Assembly: GCA_964291285.2 (NCBI GenBank)
Contig: OZ219785.1
Location: 96,001 to 160,000 of the forward strand
Direction: 5' to 3'
Length of the DNA: 64,000 nucleotides
Source of the DNA: Alphaproteobacteria bacterium
GTDB taxonomy: Bacteria; Pseudomonadota; Alphaproteobacteria; Bin95
The position numbers and the translations under genes are program-made. The notes under the pieces are model-generated. The model did not search any database. It was not told where the DNA came from and worked only from the letters and a program-made list of their open reading frames with translations. This document shows, one piece after another, positions 54,374-62,043 of the stretch (positions are counted from its first letter, which is position 1; each line of letters opens with the position of its first letter).

Positions 54374-55300
54374 ATGACCTTCCATACCGATACCACCGAA
54401 ACCGCAGCACAGTCCGCAACCGCGATCGTCTGCGACAACGCCGCTCTCTTCGGCGCAACCCCCGAGCGCGACGAGTTCGATACCCGCGAGATCTGGGACC
54501 AGGACGAGGCCATCACCGCCGTCACCGAAGCCTTCCGCATCCTCAGCCGGGGCGTCGCGCCCGACGGATACCAGATGGCAGACGAACGCGAGAGCCTGCT
54601 CTGGGGCTTCGTCAACATGCTCCACGCCCAGACACAGCGCCTCGACCGCAGCGTCGACAAGCTCACCCCCGAACTCCAGGACCTCCAGCGCACACAGGAC
54701 GGCTCCGAGATCAGGTCCCTGGAACTGGAACTCGTGACCGACCGCGCACAGTGCCTCACCGCACGCCGCGACGCCTTCGAGACATTGCGCAACGAGGCCG
54801 CCGAAGCCTACCGCGCAGACACCGGCGACACATGGCGGCCCCGGCGCGGCAGCCACGCCAGCCAGACCGGACATCTGACCTCCGCTGCCATCGACGCCCG
54901 CGACTTCGTCCGCGCCCGAAAGGACCGCAAGACACAGGCCCACCTGCCCCAGGGAACCCTCGTCGCCATCGCCGGCGGAAAGGACATCGCAAACCCGGCA
55001 GCCGTCATCGAGCGCCTCGACAAGGTCCGCGCCAGGTATGCCGACCTCGTCCTCGTGCATGGCGGCGGTCCCGGCGTCGAGAAGATCGCGGCGCGCTGGG
55101 CCGAGCGCAACGGTGTCCACCAGGTCGTCTGCAAGCCCGACTGGGACCGCCACGGTCGCGCCGCACCCTTCCGCCGCAACGACGAACTGCTCAACCTCCT
55201 GCCGAAGGGCGTCATCGCCTTCCCCGGCTCCGGCATCACCGAGAACCTCGTCGACAAGGCCCGCAGCCTCGGCATCCCGGTGATGAAGGTAGCAGCCTGA
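54374..55300 (+). CDS. DUF2493 (YspA/SLOG-like) plasmid-type protein
   Basis: LLWGFVN, TGDTWRP, LVHGG, AARWA, AAPFRRNDELL, IAFPGSGITENL. Confidence 0.85.
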   Translation: MTFHTDTTETAAQSATAIVCDNAALFGATPERDEFDTREIWDQDEAITAVTEAFRILSRGVAPDGYQMADERESLLWGFVNMLHAQTQRLDRSVDKLTPELQDLQRTQDGSEIRSLELELVTDRAQCLTARRDAFETLRNEAAEAYRADTGDTWRPRRGSHASQTGHLTSAAIDARDFVRARKDRKTQAHLPQGTLVAIAGGKDIANPAAVIERLDKVRARYADLVLVHGGGPGVEKIAARWAERNGVHQVVCKPDWDRHGRAAPFRRNDELLNLLPKGVIAFPGSGITENLVDKARSLGIPVMKVAA

Positions 55301-56203
55301 CCGCAACGCATCGCGGGCCGTGTCGTCGCTCCGGCGGCGGCACGGTCCGTTTCCTCTTTCGCACATCGATGACGCGGCAACGCCAACCTCGCGCGCTTCG
55401 CGCCGCACTCGTGCTCCGGCTTCGCCGATCGCGCTTGCGTTCCGCGTCCGCGTCACGCGCCGCTGCACCATGCTTCGCCCGGGTGCATCGCCGTCCGCGC
55501 CGATCCCGGCGCACCGCCCGCCGCACTTCCGCCAGCGTGACTGTCGACGGCACTGCCGGCGCTGCCGCCCGTCCGCTCGGCACGGTGCTTCGCACCAGTG
55601 CCCGCGCTCGCGCCGGCGAGGCCGTCCGCTCACACGCCGCGGCGGCTCCCCTCCGCCGGGTTCCCCGGCGTCGATTTCCCCATCGTGTATGCTATCCCTT
55701 CCGGCTCTGTCTCGACGGCGGAGCCGCTATTTCGTCACACCGGAACGCAGCAGGCTGCGGGGCCGCGGCACAGATTGACAGGCGCTGCCAAGCGCCGCCA
55801 GAAGGCAACAATCGAGACGGAATTGCCTTGGTCACAACGCGGACCGAGAGCAACCATTCTGGCTGCACCGAATTATCGCACTGCCGCGCAGTCCTGTCGG
55901 CCCATGCCGCGCAGAGCAATCGGACTGACTGCTCCGGCTTGCCCTTCGTATGACGACGTAATACTCTTTACGGGCAGGATGTATGCTCTTGACGTACAGG
56001 GAAACACGCCCATTCGAGGCCCGTATCCGCGGTGCGGTCGGGCGTGTCGTGACCTTCGCAACAACCCCGGCAGCGCGGCTGAGACCGACCTCACCGGCCT
56101 CGTCGAGTCACGGTTTCGACCGGGAGAGGGCCGGTGGCAGGCAATTTCGTGCAAGAAACTGCACGAAACCCTCCCGCAGAGTGACCGGGAGAAGGCAGGA
56201 GAG

Positions 56204-56590
56204 ATGGCGGGAAGCGATCGGGACAATCACCGAAGCGGGCGCAAGCGCAACGACGACCGGAGCGATGCACGCCGTCCGCGCTCGATCCGCTTCGCCGATT
56301 CCGAGTGGAGTTTGATCGAGCGAGTCGCCGCGCGGCATGGCATTTCGGCCGGCGAACTCATCCGTTCGGGCGCGCTCGCCGCCGCCGAGGGACGGCTCGG
56401 CGAGCCTCCCCCTGCTACCGTGTCGCCCGGACACCTCGCGCTCATCGAGACCACCTGGCGCATGGTCTATGTACTCGCCACCCTCAACCGGGACCGGATG
56501 CTCGACGCCGGGCGCGGCGAGGAACTCGACGACCTCGTCGCCGCAGCCCGCAGGACGATGATCGAAGCGATGAACAAAGGCCCGGCGTGA
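56204..56590 (+). CDS. Ribbon-helix-helix protein (relaxosome accessory, TrwA/MobC-like)
   Basis: PRSIRFADSEWSLIERVAARHGISAGELIR; AGGAG RBS. Confidence 0.7.
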   Translation: MAGSDRDNHRSGRKRNDDRSDARRPRSIRFADSEWSLIERVAARHGISAGELIRSGALAAAEGRLGEPPPATVSPGHLALIETTWRMVYVLATLNRDRMLDAGRGEELDDLVAAARRTMIEAMNKGPA

Positions 56591-56723
56591 GGTGATTTCA
56601 GGGGCGGAACATGCGCACCGCCTATCGTTGCAGGCTGATTTCTCTGCTGGTCCCGAGCTGCTCACTGATGAACCACACCATCGTTATGGCGCGGCAGCGG
56701 CATCATCGTGAGGTCGTGAGAAG

Positions 56724-56844
56724 CGAAAAGCCCCCGCTTTGAGGCGGGGGCTTGAGACACCGGTGGATGATCCTGGGACACCGAGCCCGCACGAAGGATC
56801 GATTTGCTGCGAAAAGGAAACCGACCGCTTCTCGATTTGCTACG
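56724..56844 (-). ncRNA. tracrRNA
   Basis: 19-nt perfect anti-repeat at 56825-56843 plus UUCGCAGC pairing with the repeat 5' end; ends in a GC hairpin with U-tract. Confidence 0.9.
56726..56753 (-). terminator. Intrinsic terminator of tracrRNA
   Basis: AAGCCCCCGC-CTCAAA-GCGGGGGCTT followed by TT on the minus strand. Confidence 0.8.
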
Positions 56845-56850
56845 GGCACG

Positions 56851-56859
56851 ATGTTAGCA
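56851..56859 (-). promoter_or_regulatory. Extended -10 promoter for tracrRNA
   Basis: TGCTAACAT (TGn-TAnnnT) 7 nt upstream of the anti-repeat. Confidence 0.6.
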
Positions 56860-56884
56860 TGCGGCGCGAGTAAAGCAATGGGGA

Positions 56885-59800
56885 ATGACCTGCATGCCGC
56901 TCGTATTCGGCCTCGACATCGGCACCACCTCGGTCGGGTTCGCCGTGATCGAACACGATGCCGCGCTCGCCACGGGAACAATACACCGTCTCGGCGTCCG
57001 GATCTTTCCCGAGGCGCGCGATCCGAAAGGCGTGCCGTTTAACCAGGAACGCCGTCAGGCACGCCTTCGTCGCCGTCAACTGCGCCGCCGGCGAGAGCGC
57101 CGACGGTTGCTCGGCGATCAACTGTGCACGGCCGGATTGCTCCCATTGCGCAACTCGCCCGACTGGGGTCGGGCAATGAAGCGTGATCCCTACGAGCTAC
57201 GGAGGCGCGCTTTCGAAGGGGAGGCCCTGTCTCCGCATGAAATCGGCCGCGCCATATATCATCTTGCGCAGCGCCGCCACTTCAGGGGCCGCGACATCGA
57301 CGAGGTTTCCGACACTGCCGACGATGCAGCCGACGACGCGGACGAGAAGACCGCGACATCGGCGCGAGAGCAAACAGTTCAGGCATTGAAGCGCGAGGGC
57401 AAGACGCTAGGCGCCTGGCTCGCCGCGCGTGGACCGCATGAACGCAAGCGAGGCGAGCATGCCACGCGCGATATCGTCGAGGACGAGTTCGACGCGGTGT
57501 GGATGCCGCTCGTTCCGGAGCCATTCCGCTCCTCGGTGCGGGACGCGATCTTCGTCCAGCGGCCCGTCTTCTGGCGGCTGAACACGCTTGGCAAGTGCCG
57601 GTTCGTCCCCGACGCGCGTCTTTGTCCGAAGGGATCCTGGCTCTCGCAGCAGCGGCGCATGCTCGAGAAGCTGAACAACCTTGCGCTTGTCGGCGGCAAT
57701 CAGCGTCCTCTCGACCCCGAAGAGCGCCAGGCGATCCTCTCCAGACTGCAAACGCAGGCCTCGATGACGTGGAGAGGCGTTCAGAGGGCGCTCGCACCAC
57801 TTTATCGGGCTCGAGGCGAGCCCGGCGAAGAGAGGGCGCTCAAGTTCAACCTGCAGGAAGGCGGAGAGAAGAAACTGCTCGGCAATCCGGTCGAAGCGAA
57901 GCTGGCGGATATCTTCGGCGACGACTGGCCAAAGCATCCACGCAAGCAGGAAGTCCGGGATTCACTTCCCCAACGGATTTGGCAGGCCGACTACGAACAA
58001 GTGGGCGAGGAGCGCGTGGTAATTCTTCCCAGGGCCGAGCGTGCGGCTCGCAGGGCGGAGCTCATGCAGAATTTCGTCTCGGAATTCGGCCTGTCGGACG
58101 ATCAGGCGACCAAGATCGAGACATTGAAGCTCCCGTCAGGCTGGGAGCCCTACTCCGTTGAGGCGCTGCAGGCAATGTTGCCGCATCTCGAGGACGGGGT
58201 CAGGTTCGGAGAACTGGTCATCGGTCCGGATTGGGAGGGCTGGCGCGCCGAGACATTTCCCGGTCGGGATCAGCCAACCGGAGAAGTGTTCGACCGCCTT
58301 CCGAGTCCGGCCGAACGCGAAGAAAGGCAACACGTCGCCAGCCTGCGCAATCCGACGGTCGCACGGACGCGCAACGAGTTGCGCAAGGTGGTCAACAACC
58401 TGATCGACCTGTACGGCAAGCCCGACCTGATTCACGTCGAAGTCGCGCGCGACGTTGGCAACTCCAAGCGCCAGCGCGAAGAAAAGGCGTCCGGCATTCG
58501 CCGCCAGGAACGGCGCCGGAAGGCGGCCCGCGAAGCGCTCCAGCAAAACGGGATTGCGGAACCAGCGCGCGCGGATGTCGAAAAGTGGATGCTCTGGGAG
58601 GAGTGCGGCCACCGCTGTCCGTACACCGGGGACACGATTTCATTCGACGCCCTGTTCCGCACCGGGGACTTCGAGGTGGAGCACATCTGGCCGAGATCCC
58701 GCTCGCTCGACAACAGCTTCAGGAACAAGACCCTCTGCCGCAAGGACGTGAACCTCCGAAAGGGCAACCAGACCCCTTACGAGCTCTTCCGAAGCAACGA
58801 GGAAGAGTGGGATGCGCTTGCGAACCGGCTGGCCGGCATGAAGGCCGCCAGGGGCGGAACGGGCATGTCTCCCGGCAAGATCAGGCGGTTCCTGGCACCG
58901 TCCATCCCCGAGGATTTCGCCTCCCGGCAGTTGAACGACACCGGTTATGCCGCCCGCGATGCGGTCGCCTATCTCAAGAAGCTGTGGCCGGACCAGGGAC
59001 CGGAAGCGCCGGTGAAGGTCTTCGCCGTATCAGGACGGGTAACGGGCCACCTTCGCCGGTTGTGGCGCCTGAACAACATCCTGGCTGATGACGGCGAGAA
59101 GACCCGCGCCGATCACCGCCATCACGCGATCGATGCGCTGACGGTCGCCTGCTGCCACCCGGGGATGACGCAAAAGCTCTCGCGTTATTGGCAGGAAGAG
59201 GACGATCCCCGCGCGCCGCAGCCGCACCTTCCTCCGCCCTGGAAAACGATCCGAAGCGACGCCGAGAGGGCGGTTGCGGCCATCGTCGTGTCCCATCGCG
59301 TCCGCAGGAAGGTCTCCGGACAGCTCCACAAGGAGACGATCTACCGCGATACCGGCGAGGAAATCGCCGGCGCGCGCGGAACGACCTACCGCTATTTCGT
59401 CCGCCGCAAGGCCGTCGAAGAACTGAAGAACTCGGAGTCCGAGCGCTTCAACGGGACCAGAATCATCGACATCGTCGATGACGGCGTGCGTGACATCGTC
59501 CGCGGCTGGGTCGACAAGCATGGTGGAGATCCCAGCGCGGCGTTCGTGCACGGCTATCCCAAACGGGGCAGGAAAGGCCCGGAAATCCGCAAGGTCCGTC
59601 TGCGCGTAAAGCGGCAGATCGAACTGATGACGAAAGCCTCCACGTGCTATGCCGACCTGGGCAACAATCATCACATCGCGATCTACCAGCTGGCCGATGG
59701 AACCGTCGATTACGATGTGGTCAGCCTGCTGGAGGCATCGCGGCGCAAGGCGCGGCGCGAGCCCGTCGTCAGGAGAGATCGCGGCGACGACACGCAGTTC

Positions 59801-60025
59801 GTGATGTCGCTGGCTCCCGGCGACACATTGCAACTCACCAGGAGCGGAGAAACCGGGCTGAAGATTGTCGAAAGCGTATGGTCGGCAGGCCCGGTTGTCA
59901 TGGTCGACCATGACGATGCCGAGGGCGCGACGGTGTTTCGTCCCGGCGCCAAGACGATCGTCTCGAGCGGCGGCAAGAAGGTCTCTGTCGATCCGATCGG
60001 TCGAATCCGTCCGGCGAACGACTGA
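56885..60025 (+). CDS. cas9: Type II-C Cas9 (1046 aa)
   Basis: RuvC-I GLDIGTTSVG, Arg-rich bridge helix, IHVEVARD, HNH EVEHIWPRSRSLDNSFRNKTL, RQLNDTGY, HHAIDA. Confidence 0.98.
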   Translation: MTCMPLVFGLDIGTTSVGFAVIEHDAALATGTIHRLGVRIFPEARDPKGVPFNQERRQARLRRRQLRRRRERRRLLGDQLCTAGLLPLRNSPDWGRAMKRDPYELRRRAFEGEALSPHEIGRAIYHLAQRRHFRGRDIDEVSDTADDAADDADEKTATSAREQTVQALKREGKTLGAWLAARGPHERKRGEHATRDIVEDEFDAVWMPLVPEPFRSSVRDAIFVQRPVFWRLNTLGKCRFVPDARLCPKGSWLSQQRRMLEKLNNLALVGGNQRPLDPEERQAILSRLQTQASMTWRGVQRALAPLYRARGEPGEERALKFNLQEGGEKKLLGNPVEAKLADIFGDDWPKHPRKQEVRDSLPQRIWQADYEQVGEERVVILPRAERAARRAELMQNFVSEFGLSDDQATKIETLKLPSGWEPYSVEALQAMLPHLEDGVRFGELVIGPDWEGWRAETFPGRDQPTGEVFDRLPSPAEREERQHVASLRNPTVARTRNELRKVVNNLIDLYGKPDLIHVEVARDVGNSKRQREEKASGIRRQERRRKAAREALQQNGIAEPARADVEKWMLWEECGHRCPYTGDTISFDALFRTGDFEVEHIWPRSRSLDNSFRNKTLCRKDVNLRKGNQTPYELFRSNEEEWDALANRLAGMKAARGGTGMSPGKIRRFLAPSIPEDFASRQLNDTGYAARDAVAYLKKLWPDQGPEAPVKVFAVSGRVTGHLRRLWRLNNILADDGEKTRADHRHHAIDALTVACCHPGMTQKLSRYWQEEDDPRAPQPHLPPPWKTIRSDAERAVAAIVVSHRVRRKVSGQLHKETIYRDTGEEIAGARGTTYRYFVRRKAVEELKNSESERFNGTRIIDIVDDGVRDIVRGWVDKHGGDPSAAFVHGYPKRGRKGPEIRKVRLRVKRQIELMTKASTCYADLGNNHHIAIYQLADGTVDYDVVSLLEASRRKARREPVVRRDRGDDTQFVMSLAPGDTLQLTRSGETGLKIVESVWSAGPVVMVDHDDAEGATVFRPGAKTIVSSGGKKVSVDPIGRIRPAND

Positions 60026-60037
60026 GCTCGCCCGGCG

Positions 60038-60973
60038 ATGATCCGCAAGACCATCGAGTTTTCGACGCCCGGCACCCGCCTCTCGGTTGCACACCGGCAG
60101 CTCGTGGTCGAGCGGCCCGACCTGCCGAAGGCGACCCTTCCGATCGAGGATCTCGGCGTGGTCATCGTGGACGACACTCGGGCGACCTACACGCAGTCCG
60201 TCTTTCTGTCGCTTCTGGAAGCCGGTGCAACCGTGCTGGTCACCGGCCGCGATCATCTCCCCGCCGGAATGATGCTTCCGCTCGACGCGCATCACGTTCA
60301 GACGGAACGTCACCGGGCCCAGGTCGAGACCAGCGCGCCGGTCCGCAAGCGCGCCTGGCAGACGATCGTGCGGGCCAAGATCGTTCAGCAGGCCACCGTG
60401 CTCTCCCATTTCACCGGAAATCACGGCGGCCTCGTTCCAATGGCTCGCCGGGTTCGCTCGGGCGATCCCGACAATCTTGAGGCCCAGGCTGCGCAGAGAT
60501 ACTGGCCGCGCCTGTTCGGCAAGACCTTCCGCCGCGACCGCGAAGCCGAGGGTGTCAACGCGCTCCTGAACTACGGCTATGCCGTCGTCCGGGCGGCGGT
60601 GGCCCGTGCGGTGGTCGCGGCCGGCTTGATTCCCTCTCTCGGAGTTCACCATCGGCATCGCAACAATCCGTTCTGTCTTGCGGATGATCTGTTGGAGCCG
60701 TACCGCCCCTACGTCGACTGGCGGGTCCGTCAAATGGCCGGCGACCATGCCGAGGCCGCGCCCGATCTGTCCGAACGGAAGACCCGCGCCGAACTTCTCT
60801 CCTTGCTCAACGAAACCGTGCACGTCGGCGGGCGCCGCGAACCCTTGATGCTCGCTTTCCATGCCAGTGCAGCCTCTCTGTGCCGAACGCTCACTGGCGG
60901 CGACCGCACTCTGGCGCTTCCGGAAGGACTCCCGGTGGAGCCCGATCTGGTCGACACCGCCGAGATCGGTTGA
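60038..60973 (+). CDS. cas1: Cas1 (type II)
   Basis: SGDPDNLEAQAAQRYW, NALLNYGYAVVR, LGVHH, LADDLLEPYRP. Confidence 0.97.
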   Translation: MIRKTIEFSTPGTRLSVAHRQLVVERPDLPKATLPIEDLGVVIVDDTRATYTQSVFLSLLEAGATVLVTGRDHLPAGMMLPLDAHHVQTERHRAQVETSAPVRKRAWQTIVRAKIVQQATVLSHFTGNHGGLVPMARRVRSGDPDNLEAQAAQRYWPRLFGKTFRRDREAEGVNALLNYGYAVVRAAVARAVVAAGLIPSLGVHHRHRNNPFCLADDLLEPYRPYVDWRVRQMAGDHAEAAPDLSERKTRAELLSLLNETVHVGGRREPLMLAFHASAASLCRTLTGGDRTLALPEGLPVEPDLVDTAEIG

Positions 60974-60993
60974 GCCCGCTGCGGGGGGGGGGG

Positions 60994-61329
60994 GTGAAAG
61001 CAATTCCATGGGGCTGGCGCACGATGTGGGTAATCGCGATGTTTGACCTGCCCACCGACACGCCGAAGGCGCGCAGGGCCTATACGAGATTCCGCAAGGG
61101 TCTGCTCAACGACGGCTTCACGATGATGCAGTACTCGGTTTACATTCGGCACTGTGCATCGATCGAGAACGCCAAAGTTCACGCGACCAGAATGGGTCGT
61201 CGGGTGCCCTCGGCCGGAGAGGTCCGGTTCCTGACGATCACCGACAAGCAGTTCGGCCGCATGGAAACCTATGTCGGGAAAACCCGCGAGGCACCACCGA
61301 ATCCGCCCGCCCAGCTGGAATTTTTCTGA
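60994..61329 (+). CDS. cas2: Cas2; start uncertain (TTG 60970, GTG 60994 or ATG 61024)
   Basis: MWVIAMFDLPT, FRKGLLNDGFTMMQYSVYIR, ITDKQFG. Confidence 0.96.
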   Translation: MKAIPWGWRTMWVIAMFDLPTDTPKARRAYTRFRKGLLNDGFTMMQYSVYIRHCASIENAKVHATRMGRRVPSAGEVRFLTITDKQFGRMETYVGKTREAPPNPPAQLEFF

Positions 61330-61379
61330 CCAGTGGGCGGACGAAAACGACGTTCATTCAATGCCCTACGTCGAGGGAA

Positions 61380-62006
61380 ACTGTAGCAAATCGAGAAGCG
61401 GCCGCAATCCGCAGCCTGGAGATCAGGGAACAGGGCAGCATGTTACTGTAGCAAATCGAGAAGCGGCCGCAATCCGCAGCGTGAAGTCGTTGTCGCGCCA
61501 TTGAGGCTGCACTGTAGCAAATCGAGAAGCGGCCGCAATCCGCAGCGAGCGGCACGTCGGTGAATGCGCTGTGCCAACTGTAGCAAATCGAGAAGCGGCC
61601 GCAATCCGCAGCCGCAGCCACCTCCATTCCGCGTTCGAGCGACTGTAGCAAATCGAGAAGCGGCCGCAATCCGCAGCCAGCAGGGAACCGGATTGCGGAG
61701 GGCAAAACTGTAGCAAATCGAGAAGCGGCCGCAATCCGCAGCCAGAATGCGACAGATACCGATCTTGCCGGTACTGTAGCAAATCGAGAAGCGGCCGCAA
61801 TCCGCAGCGCGCGCTGGTGAAGCGTGTCGCGCGGCGTCACTGTAGCAAATCGAGAAGCGGCCGCAATCCGCAGCGGGATGGTGGGGCGCCCGAAGACGAC
61901 GGCCACTGTAGCAAATCGAGAAGCGGCCGCAATCCGCAGCTCAAGGAGGGCGGCTCTTCGTCTTCCGTATACTGTAGCAAATCGAGAAGCGGCCGCAATC
62001 CGCAGC
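61380..62006 (-). CRISPR. CRISPR array: 10 identical 36-bp repeats, 9 spacers of 29-30 bp
   Basis: + strand repeat ACTGTAGCAAATCGAGAAGCGGCCGCAATCCGCAGC at 61380, 61445, 61511, 61577, 61642, 61707, 61773, 61839, 61905, 61971; orientation inferred from tracrRNA pairing. Confidence 0.99.
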
Positions 62007-62043
62007 GGAAGCACTGGCATGAATTGGCCAAGACGCCACCATT

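Noticed and set aside
61875-61904. Spacer 8 similarity to DUF4338 gene near 3479 (GCCCGAAGACGA)
   Set aside because: Only about 12 nt match in high-GC DNA; no convincing self-target found by eye for any spacer
61358-62020. ORFs with repeated LRIAAASRFATV
   Set aside because: Translation of CRISPR repeats
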